Shown here one piece after another: positions 9,430-17,013 of a stretch of DNA of 64,000 bases. The position numbers and the translations under genes were made by a program. Where the stretch lies: positions 18,022-82,021 of the IMG/VR virus record IMGVR_UViG_3300009788_000006. The stretch is one strand, 5' to 3'. Origin of the DNA: a virus. The notes beneath the pieces are model-generated. The model was given only the letters and a program-made list of their open reading frames with translations, did not search any database and was not told the origin of the DNA. The stretch's first letter is position 1. Every line of letters begins with the position of its first letter.

Positions 9430-9995
9430 TTCCCCATAAGGGACTCGTCAATCCCGGGGTCTGTTACGTCGATCCCGGCGAGGCTCGCGTCTTGCGCAAT
9501 GCATGGCGGCGTCTTGAGCTCTTCGAGAAGACTGGGACCCTGCGGGATGCCGGGCGCCATTCCAGGATGATCCAGCCAGCGCAGCAACGTCGCACCGGGA
9601 TTCGTCCCGACGATGATTTTACAGCCGAACTTGCCGCCTCCGATGCCGATCTTGGTGATCAGCGGACGAAGAGTCAGGCGGGAGACGAAATACTCCCGAA
9701 GCGCTATCCTCGCCGCCGCCCAAATCGAAACGCCGGAAGCGGCAGCATATCGGGGGTCAGACAGAAACCCATGAAGAATTGGCCCCATGTAGGTCCAATT
9801 GGTCACTACAGCCTTTTCAAATCCGACTCCGGTCTCGTAGTTATCGCGCCAGATCTTGGCTAGAGCACTTCCAAGTTCGGTATCGGGTTCGTGGTTTGGG
9901 GGCGGCTCCACTTCGGTTGTACTGAGGGAACCTAGGTCCACGAACTCGAACGCATCCGCCAATCGATCGAAGCGGATTCCAATTGTGTCGCTCAT
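9426..9995 (-). CDS. Hypothetical protein
   Basis: 189-aa ORF with AAGGAG RBS. Confidence 0.65.
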   Translation of the reverse strand: MSDTIGIRFDRLADAFEFVDLGSLSTTEVEPPPNHEPDTELGSALAKIWRDNYETGVGFEKAVVTNWTYMGPILHGFLSDPRYAAASGVSIWAAARIALREYFVSRLTLRPLITKIGIGGGKFGCKIIVGTNPGATLLRWLDHPGMAPGIPQGPSLLEELKTPPCIAQDASLAGIDVTDPGIDESLMGK

Positions 9996-10018
9996 CGAAT
10001 ATCTCCTTCTAGTCTTGG

Positions 10019-10066
10019 AAAAAAGACGGCCGCCGGAACCCAGGGAGGACCAGTCCGGCGACCGGT
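10019..10066 (-). terminator. Probable intrinsic terminator
   Basis: GGTCGCCGGA...TCCGGCGGCC stem followed by a T-run on minus. Confidence 0.55.
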
Positions 10067-10075
10067 TTGAGAAGC

Positions 10076-10393
10076 TTACTTGTGGCGCGCCGCGGTGGTC
10101 ATCGGCAACCGGAGCCCGACTCCCTTGCGCTTGTTCCAGATGGCTTTGGCCGCTCCACCGAGGTGCTCAATCGCCTTGTGTAGCGCGGCAGCGAACGCGC
10201 CAAGGAAAAGCGCCAGAGCCGGCGTCACGTTGTCGGCGCCGACCTGGACAAGCATCCAGTTCGCGACCAGCCCGAGCAACGGGAGCACGACGGGAACCAT
10301 CAGCGCTTTTGGGACTTTGCCGACGGCCCAGATCATGATCCAGGCGAGCACGGTGGTCAGACCGGGGATCAGTAACAGATTGACCTGTTCCAT
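10076..10393 (-). CDS. Three-TM membrane protein, holin candidate
   Basis: Three hydrophobic segments and a basic C-terminus; GAGGTG RBS. Confidence 0.6.
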   Translation of the reverse strand: MEQVNLLLIPGLTTVLAWIMIWAVGKVPKALMVPVVLPLLGLVANWMLVQVGADNVTPALALFLGAFAAALHKAIEHLGGAAKAIWNKRKGVGLRLPMTTAARHK

Positions 10394-10399
10394 TTTTTC

Positions 10400-10980
10400 A
10401 CCTCAGAAGGTTAAAGCGGCTCCGGTCCACCAGCACGCCCCCGACACAACGCCGAGAGCTTCGCGGTCCATCTGAATCCAGAGCCGTCAACCAGGAGCCG
10501 GAGGAGGAACCCGCTACGACCAAGCGAGACACAACCGATGCGGATACTCCGGCCCCTGGTTCAGGGCTCGGCAATTGCAGGGAGTAGAGCCGCCAGCTGC
10601 AAGCCGGGGCGACAGGCGCCAGCCGTCGCACCATCCGACTGAGCCGGGAAGGTCTCCGGCTTGCAGCTCATGGCTCTGGTCTCGAATCTCTCGCAGCCCC
10701 CGAGGGACTTATGCACGGAATCGCCAGCTAACCTTAGACCAGCCGTTACCGATCTACTCTTCGCTGAACACGCCCCTCGATTCCCCACCATGCTAACCGG
10801 GGCGGCCGGCTTCTCAACCGTGCCGGGGCCTGCCAAAGATTCGAGAATCCGGCTTCTCGAGGACTTCATGACAGCGACCCCTGGCTCAGCCAGGATTATG
10901 CGATCGGCCACGCCGACGTTACTCGCCATTCGTCCGGTCAAGATTGAGCTTTTGCTCCGGGGCCGGTCTCCGGAATTCCA
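10400..10980 (-). ncRNA. Candidate large structured RNA (family unknown)
   Basis: 13-bp perfect helix 10595-10607/10656-10668; 14-bp helix 10490-10503/10547-10560; G-U wobbles favour minus; no credible protein. Confidence 0.6.
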
Positions 10981-10982
10981 GA

Positions 10983-11159
10983 CTATCGAAACGCCCCGAG
11001 AGGCGTGAAATCCTCCCACCGGTTCCGGTACGGGCTGTTCGGCGGATAGTCGCCGCTGATCTTTCGCGCATAGGCCGATCTGCGACCAGGGGCGCTCATC
11101 GCGCGCTCCTTGGCGGCCTTCCGTTTTGCTCTTTCCTTCAAACGTTTCTCGCTCTTCAT
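10983..11159 (-). CDS. 58-aa Lys/Arg-rich peptide (not in ORF track)
   Basis: MKSEKRLKERAKRKAAKERAMSAPGRRSAYARKISGDYPPNSPYRNRWEDFTPLGAFR; RBS CCAAGGGAGACAGC. Confidence 0.7.
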   Translation of the reverse strand: MKSEKRLKERAKRKAAKERAMSAPGRRSAYARKISGDYPPNSPYRNRWEDFTPLGAFR

Positions 11160-11174
11160 GCTGTCTCCCTTGGG

Positions 11175-11567
11175 GATTGCCGGCCCGTGCTACCGTAGCG
11201 GGCCAGCGGTGGGTCGGTTGGGAAGGAGTCACGCCCCTGGTAGCTCGGAGCGGTGAGAAGGCGAGGCCAGGCCCTTGGGGTCGCGCCTGGAAAACTACCA
11301 GGTCTCGGCGGGTCAACGAAACCGCGTGCAAGCCGCAGCAGCGAGGCACCGGATCGATCACTATGGGTAGCTCGCCGAGGTTGGGCTCGCACACTATCGC
11401 CGATGCTTGCGTCGACGATATGCCGGTCGCCCTTTCGCTTGGCGTTGCCGCCAGGCGCGCGCCCAAAGGCCCGCTATTTAGCTGGCGCTCCAGGAGGCCG
11501 CCGCCAACCCTCTCGACCGGAACGGCTGAGAGAGCACATTGCCGACGGCGGTCTGCTGCAACGTCAG
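11175..11567 (-). ncRNA. Candidate structured RNA, tandem copy 2
   Basis: Starts CTGACGTTGCAGCAGACCGCCG and pairs with GCGGCGGCCTCCTGGAGCGCCA; homologous to copy 1; 3' end approximate. Confidence 0.6.
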
Positions 11568-11918
11568 AATAGTGACGGGATTGCACCGCCCCGCGGTCTC
11601 TCACCGCTTGGCCTGGGTTACGACCAGTCCCACGGACACCTCCATCTACGTGCCGCGCGGATAAGGCGCCGTCAGCCCCGCGCGTACGCCGACCATTGCT
11701 CCACCAGGGCGATTTGCCGCTGTCGGTCCTGGTTTCATCGCCTTCACAACGGGCCGCCAGCCTACCGGAGCTTACGCTTGATCGGTGGTCTCCTCCGGCT
11801 CTACCACTCAGCAATGCCAGGCTGTACGGCGACCCTTTCACGCAATGACGCTCCACGCGACCGCCGCTGGCAGGGAGGCTTTTCCCATGCAATCCGCGGC
11901 GGTCGCGTGCAACGTCAG
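11568..11918 (-). ncRNA. Candidate structured RNA, tandem copy 1
   Basis: ~22-bp 5' helix (11846-11917, 14 bp perfect), nested helices and a 3' T-arm-like hairpin GGCGG-TGCAATC-CCGTC. Confidence 0.65.
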
Positions 11919-12129
11919 TCATGCCGCCGCCCAATCGATTGGATTCGTGCGGGCTGGTGTGTAGGCTCCAGTCTAGCGACCCCTCGCTCCCACAGGGAAC
12001 GTCGCAAGCCTCCCAGTCAGCCTCGGGGCTTTCGAAGGTACAAGTCTTGCCGAGGTCCGGCGGTGACCCATCAAGTGCCGCTATTCCGTCGACGCGAATC
12101 ACGGCCGCTACGTGTGTCCAGATACTCAC
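11919..12129 (-). pseudogene. N-terminal fragment of a conserved phage protein (MSIWTHVAA...PCGSEGSL)
   Basis: Protein-like for ~65 aa, then the frame runs into the RNA region with non-protein-like composition. Confidence 0.45.
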
Positions 12130-12467
12130 GGGTCAACTTCTTCATCTGGTTCTGGGGCAGGCCCGAGAACACTGACTCGGTCGCCGGGCTTCAGCACGCA
12201 CTCAGGGCATGGAATCAACGTATCGAATTGGCGATCCGGATCCCGGACGATGAATAAGAAACCGCACTGAGGACACTTCTTCTTTCTTGTGGGCCGCTGC
12301 GGGAATTCGGCGCGCGTCTCCCACCCCAGATCCGCAATCACGAGCCCCCGGACGTAGGCCGAGAACGTCATCTCTCTGACCCGGGCCTCTCTCTGTGCAT
12401 TGCGCAGAATACCGCTCGGCATACTGACGCTGGTCTTGACCGCGGGTCCGTTGGGGTTCGTCGCCAT
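12126..12467 (-). CDS. Ribbon-helix-helix protein with C-terminal zinc ribbon
   Basis: KTSVSMP...MTFSAYVRGLV plus CPQC...CPEC. Confidence 0.7.
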   Translation of the reverse strand: MATNPNGPAVKTSVSMPSGILRNAQREARVREMTFSAYVRGLVIADLGWETRAEFPQRPTRKKKCPQCGFLFIVRDPDRQFDTLIPCPECVLKPGDRVSVLGPAPEPDEEVDP

Positions 12468-12556
12468 GCCCTGTATCTTTTCACACCGCGGGCCGGGGTG
12501 TCAAGAACTATTTTCACACCTTCGCCCGTTCTGCCCGTGTGCTACCATCGCCACCC

Positions 12557-12997
12557 ATGGCGGACGATCCCATCCAGATAGCACTCCTCGAAGAAGTCAG
12601 GAAGCTCATCGAAGCAAAGTTCGCGGCGTCCCAGGCCGCCTCGGAAGCGGCAGTGGAAGCTTCCGAGAACGCTACGACCGCCGTGGCCGTGATGGGCAAG
12701 CAAATCCAAGGCGAGCTCCACGAGCTATCAGACCGGCTTCTGGAGCTTCTCGCGATGATCCGGGAAGACAGGGCACGGGAGGGAGCGTCAGCTTCGGGTA
12801 TCGAGGCCATCGCGACTGCCTTCAAAGCCGCCGGCGCCGACCGCGAGAGAATCGGCAAGATCGAAGGCCGCCTCGACGGCGAGACGCTCCGCTTAGACGG
12901 ACGCATCGGCAAGCAAGCGATACAGTTGGTAATCATCTGGGGCTTTATCGTCATCTTGGGGCTCAGGGTAGCTGCCGAAATCCTGGGAATTCCCTAA
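12557..12997 (+). CDS. Coiled-coil protein with C-terminal TM (possible lysis or membrane protein)
   Basis: Ala/Glu-rich helices and C-terminal LVIIWGFIVILGL. Confidence 0.65.
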   Translation: MADDPIQIALLEEVRKLIEAKFAASQAASEAAVEASENATTAVAVMGKQIQGELHELSDRLLELLAMIREDRAREGASASGIEAIATAFKAAGADRERIGKIEGRLDGETLRLDGRIGKQAIQLVIIWGFIVILGLRVAAEILGIP

Positions 12998-13051
12998 CCT
13001 TAGTCCTTTTCGCTTGCGGCCCGGGCAAGCATTCTGCTAAGATTCCCGCCC

Positions 13052-13267
13052 ATGAAAAGGGACAGGGCGGCCGAGTACTTCAGCGGGCTTCGAGCTCACC
13101 TAGAAGAGTACCGAAGTCGCTACTCCGAGCAGAATGGAGAGATAGCTGCCGCGCTTGACCGGCTCCAAGAGATCCAGAGCCAGCACGGTACGGCCTCCAC
13201 ACCTGAGGACCGCCACCAGGTCCACGAGAGTCTGCGCTGTTTCATCGCGTGGCTTGAAGGGCTATAG
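13052..13267 (+). CDS. Hypothetical protein
   Basis: TGcTAAGAT 8 nt upstream of ATG. Confidence 0.6.
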   Translation: MKRDRAAEYFSGLRAHLEEYRSRYSEQNGEIAAALDRLQEIQSQHGTASTPEDRHQVHESLRCFIAWLEGL

Positions 13268-13287
13268 CGCGGACTCCCAGCACCAGG

Positions 13288-13776
13288 ATGGACGCCGAGG
13301 GCTTCAGGGTTGCGCGCCAGCACCGGCGCGGTCAGAATCGTCAGGTGCCTATTGAGTTCAAAATCATCACCGCCGTTCTCGCACTTGGCGCCGGCCTCAG
13401 TCTCACCTCCTGGCCGTGGTCCTGGACTCGCTGGCTGTGGTCGGCCACCTGTATCTGTGCGGCGCTGACCTTCGCTCGGCCGGTGATCGAGGCGCTTGGC
13501 GGTGTCGACCCGGTCATCCCGCGCTGGGCTCTGCTGGTGCTCGGCCCCGCGTCTATCGCGACACTGCTCGACATCTGGCGCCGGACATCTCGACGGCTGC
13601 CGCGCCGCCTGACACTTGCTGCCGCTGCGGCGCTCAGCTGCGCCCTTGTGGCCTGGCCGTTGTACGCCGTGGCGCCGAAGACGGCGGCCGTGCTGTGCTA
13701 TCTGCCGCTCTGGGTTCTCTTCGGGTCCGTGATACGGTGGAGGCTCATCCCACCAAAGGAGAAAGTCCATGCCTGA
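13288..13776 (+). CDS. Multi-pass membrane protein
   Basis: 4-5 hydrophobic segments; start uncertain. Confidence 0.6.
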   Translation: MDAEGFRVARQHRRGQNRQVPIEFKIITAVLALGAGLSLTSWPWSWTRWLWSATCICAALTFARPVIEALGGVDPVIPRWALLVLGPASIATLLDIWRRTSRRLPRRLTLAAAAALSCALVAWPLYAVAPKTAAVLCYLPLWVLFGSVIRWRLIPPKEKVHA

Positions 13777-14179
13777 CCCCGCCTTTTACGCCGCCGCCCT
13801 TATCGATCGCATCGAGGCCCGCGGAGTCAACGTCGACGTCCCCGCCCAGGACCTTATCTTCGGCTACGCCACCACGCTCCACGCCGAGCTCGAGGAGCAC
13901 TGGGACGGCGCGTCCGGCAAGGCGGTCCGTGCCGGGATCGACGACTACGCCTGGCTCCCCGCTGTCACCGCCCGGCAGGTCTTCGAGTTCTTTTTGATGA
14001 TGGGCGCCAAGTCGGAGCGGCTGCGCCAAGCCGAGCTCGCGTCGGCCCTCTCTCAGCACCGAGACGAGGTGGCGAGACTCGAGGAAGGCGGGAATGATCT
14101 CGGGGTGCTCGAGCAGCTAGCCGCGACTATCACCGCAGTGGGTCCGACGGGGCTCTGCTTTTCCGACCCCGGTCCCTGA
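13769..14179 (+). CDS. Hypothetical protein
   Basis: AAGGAG RBS; high GC3. Confidence 0.7.
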   Translation: MPDPAFYAAALIDRIEARGVNVDVPAQDLIFGYATTLHAELEEHWDGASGKAVRAGIDDYAWLPAVTARQVFEFFLMMGAKSERLRQAELASALSQHRDEVARLEEGGNDLGVLEQLAATITAVGPTGLCFSDPGP

Positions 14180-14187
14180 CCACTTCA

Positions 14188-14263
14188 GCTCCGATAGCTC
14201 AGCCGGAAGAGCGGCTGCCTCGTAAGCAGCGGGTCGGCGGTTCGAATCCGTCTCGGAGCTCCA
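14188..14263 (+). tRNA. tRNA-Thr(CGT)
   Basis: GCTCCGA/TCGGAGC acceptor, GCTGC-CTCGTAA-GCAGC anticodon arm, TTCGAAT T-loop, encoded CCA. Confidence 0.95.
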
Positions 14264-14272
14264 GGATTATAG

Positions 14273-14503
14273 TCAAGGGCGGGCCGTCCTTGGCCTGCGG
14301 ATCGAAACAACCCGGCCGGTACGGTACGCCTCGAACGTGTCGCGGGCGATTCTCATCGCTTCGTCGAGCATGTCCATCTCTTCGTGGCTGGCACTCGGGG
14401 CGACTTGAGCTACCGACCGGCCTACTGCTGAGCACTCTCCAGGGGTCTTCGCTCGCTTCGCTTGGGCGAGAACTAATTCGGCCTTGCTGCTAGGCGTAGA
14501 CAT
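14273..14503 (-). CDS. Hypothetical protein
   Basis: Short ORF at the end of the minus operon. Confidence 0.45.
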   Translation of the reverse strand: MSTPSSKAELVLAQAKRAKTPGECSAVGRSVAQVAPSASHEEMDMLDEAMRIARDTFEAYRTGRVVSIRRPRTARP

Positions 14504-14777
14504 CTTCGTCCATGACCCCGGCGAGCGTCGAGCTCATCCCTGACCCCGGCGGTGGAACTGGCGCGGCGCGCATCCGCAACAGATCGCCCATCAGGTTGGC
14601 CGGCAGACCCTCCGACGCGCGGACCTGGTTGCCGTCCTGGTCGACGGCCGGCTTCTCGGTGCGGTAGCAGTCGAGGGCGCCGCAGAAGAGCCCGGTCCCC
14701 GTCCAGAGCCGCGACTGCCGGGAGTGGCAGAATGGGCAGAACGGGTGCATCAGGGCGAAGATCTCGAAGTGGCTCAC
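14490..14777 (-). CDS. Zn-finger-like small protein
   Basis: CPFC...FCGALDC; GTGA overlap. Confidence 0.55.
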   Translation of the reverse strand: MSHFEIFALMHPFCPFCHSRQSRLWTGTGLFCGALDCYRTEKPAVDQDGNQVRASEGLPANLMGDLLRMRAAPVPPPGSGMSSTLAGVMDEDVYA

Positions 14778-15319
14778 GGCGTCACCTTCGCTGTTCTCTT
14801 TTCGTAATCGGCAACACAGCACCAGCCGCCCACCGGCTGACCGAAGCCTCTCCCGCAGACTCCGAGCCGCAAACCCGGCTGTAGTGACGGATCATCTTCC
14901 GCGTTCGTCACCCGCGTCTCGGCCCACCAGCGGCAGCTTTCGCAGTTCTCGATCGCCTTCGCGGAACCACCATGCGCTCGCCCCGCCTGTCGCTCGATCC
15001 ATCCAAGGAAGTCTCGGACGCCCTTCCGCCATTGCGGCCCGTGGGCTATATCTCTCTGGTTCACAAGGCTCCAGCCTTCTTCGAGGACCCGTTCAACGGT
15101 TAGGCCCGGACTCGCGCCCCGGCCCTGCTGGATCTGATCGAGAGCTTGCTCCGCCTTTCTCCCAATTTCGTGGGCGACTGGCGCCAGCACGGAGCTCCTC
15201 AAGATGCTGAGCGCTGACCGAACGATCTCGAACGACACGGCGACCTCGGTAGCATCTTCAGCGGCGGCGGTCCGCCGCGCGATCGCGTCGAGCTCCTGCC
15301 GGGACATCTTGGTCTTCAC
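14774..15319 (-). CDS. Hypothetical protein with C-terminal Cys motif
   Basis: CESCRWW...GVCG...WCC. Confidence 0.65.
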   Translation of the reverse strand: MKTKMSRQELDAIARRTAAAEDATEVAVSFEIVRSALSILRSSVLAPVAHEIGRKAEQALDQIQQGRGASPGLTVERVLEEGWSLVNQRDIAHGPQWRKGVRDFLGWIERQAGRAHGGSAKAIENCESCRWWAETRVTNAEDDPSLQPGLRLGVCGRGFGQPVGGWCCVADYEKRTAKVTP

Positions 15320-15681
15320 TCCGCTACCTCCGTTTCGGTTTCAAGCTCGAGCTCCACAAGACGGCCTCCGCAGAACGGGCAGAACTTCATCCCGTTCTCG
15401 GTCGGCGTCTTTCCGTCGATGATGCTATAGGCATCGCCGCAGCCGGTGTCCCAGCCTAAGTCGTCATCGTCGCCCATGCGGTTCCACTTGCAGACGGGCC
15501 GGCTGCCCTTGTCGAGCAGACGCCGCAAAGCTACGCCCTGGGTCTTTAGCCGTTCCGAGCGGGGCTCGGTGATCTCCTCGGGGTCGAGCCAAGCTTCGCG
15601 GATCAGGGTCGCTGCCGCCCCCATCACAGCGCGGTACATGGCGGCGGACCCCCCGAGCTCTGGTACTGGAATCGTGTTCAT
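15316..15681 (-). CDS. Zinc-ribbon phage protein
   Basis: WDTGCG...MKFCPFCGGRL. Confidence 0.7.
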   Translation of the reverse strand: MNTIPVPELGGSAAMYRAVMGAAATLIREAWLDPEEITEPRSERLKTQGVALRRLLDKGSRPVCKWNRMGDDDDLGWDTGCGDAYSIIDGKTPTENGMKFCPFCGGRLVELELETETEVAE

Positions 15682-15881
15682 GGCATGGTCCCCTTCGAGG
15701 ACGGGGCGGGGTCGCCGAGTCCTTTGAGAAGCTGGTTGAATTCCTCCACCTCTGCGGCTCGTTTCTCGCGCATCTCGTAGCTTTCCAAGATGTCCACAAC
15801 CACCGGAGTTTCACAAACCGCGCAGAGCGTTCCGAGCTTCTTGGCGTTGTACAGAAGCCGCAGCCAGGGCAAGCCGTACAT
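15678..15881 (-). CDS. Hypothetical protein
   Basis: ATGA-coupled; start uncertain. Confidence 0.45.
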   Translation of the reverse strand: MYGLPWLRLLYNAKKLGTLCAVCETPVVVDILESYEMREKRAAEVEEFNQLLKGLGDPAPSSKGTMP

Positions 15882-15999
15882 AATTTCATTACGGCGCCAC
15901 CTCCGCCTCTTTGTCCCGGATCTTGATCGTAGTGGTTTCACCGACCAGAATGGTAATCCGTGCATCGATCTTCATCTAATGGCATGAGCAAGAGGGGAC

Positions 16000-17013
16000 C
16001 TATCCGGCTGCCGTTTCCCAGATGTCACACTGTCGGTTCTCATCATCGACGAACTTGTTCTCAGCAGCAGCCTGGACGTAGATTTCCGACTGGTCGTAAT
16101 AGCCCGGCTTGAGCTCCCAACCCATCCCGATGCGACCGAGAGATACCGCAGAATATGGCACGGAGCCAACACCGTGAAACGGGTCAACCACGATCTCCCC
16201 AGGGTTGGTTTTCAACTGGATGGCGCGCTCGCACACGTCGAGCGGAAGCGGGTGCGGGTGAGCCGGGCTGGCGCCGCTGAAGGTCTCATCGTCCGGATCG
16301 GTGTATTTCGGCAGGCAGCGATCATAGCGGATATCTCTCCAGTCTCCGGCCGCGTACCTCTGCCAGATCCATTGTGAGTAATCATTGTAGATCTGGTTGC
16401 CTTCCATGCCCTGGCGAGCCAGAAGCTCGGCGGGAATCTTCTCTGACCCTGAATAGTTGAGCAACCCGGTAGGATGTTCGACTGGCACCGGATTCTCTCC
16501 GGGTTTCCGGAATACTAGCACCTGGTCGCACACAGCGACGCCAGCCGCTGCGCTGTCCTCGCAAAGGTTCTTGTGGAATAGAGCCTTGACCATCGTGGCG
16601 TTACGGACGACAAGGGCGTTGCGCCAGATGACATGTCGGCCGCCGTAGATCCATCCGACCCGTTGATATAAGCGGATGATGTCGCCGGGAAAGTCAGTGT
16701 ACGTGTCGGCTCCGCTATTATCGTTGACGATGTCGCAGCAGTGTGGCATAGACACGCGGCCCGGCATAGTGATCCGGAACATCTCCTGAACAAAATACTC
16801 GAAGTGCTCAAAGAACTCCTTGTAGTTGGCTGAGTTAGAGAGGTCCCGCGGATCACTGCCGTAGTGATACAGTGCGCCCCGCCCCTCGCTGGCGAACGGT
16901 GAAGAGTAATGAGTGAAATGGACGGACTTGTCTGGAAGGTCTTTCATGCCCTCAACAGCGTCGCCGCAGTAAAGGGCGAACTTGTCAGTGACGAGCTGCT
17001 TTGCTACAGCCAT
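16000..17013 (-). CDS. DNA methyltransferase, N4-C/N6-A beta class
   Basis: Motif IV variant YSSPF near the N-terminus; HPHPL; motif I DPFHGVGS. Confidence 0.9.
   Translation of the reverse strand: MAVAKQLVTDKFALYCGDAVEGMKDLPDKSVHFTHYSSPFASEGRGALYHYGSDPRDLSNSANYKEFFEHFEYFVQEMFRITMPGRVSMPHCCDIVNDNSGADTYTDFPGDIIRLYQRVGWIYGGRHVIWRNALVVRNATMVKALFHKNLCEDSAAAGVAVCDQVLVFRKPGENPVPVEHPTGLLNYSGSEKIPAELLARQGMEGNQIYNDYSQWIWQRYAAGDWRDIRYDRCLPKYTDPDDETFSGASPAHPHPLPLDVCERAIQLKTNPGEIVVDPFHGVGSVPYSAVSLGRIGMGWELKPGYYDQSEIYVQAAAENKFVDDENRQCDIWETAAG

Noticed and set aside
10640-10980. CCGGAGACC(T/G) motifs resembling the 3' end of a cobalamin riboswitch
   Set aside because: The upstream core motifs (GCCCCCGC-ACTGT, GCCACTG) are absent.
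11253-12257. 334-aa plus-strand ORF, and other long antisense ORFs such as 59726-60934, 39280-40377 and 53438-54337
   Set aside because: Arg/Pro/Ser-rich with no motifs or RBS; these are shadows of high-GC genes or structured RNA.
14188-14263. tRNA-Thr as a prophage attachment site or boundary
   Set aside because: No integrase, no duplicated tRNA 3' end, and phage-like genes on both sides.
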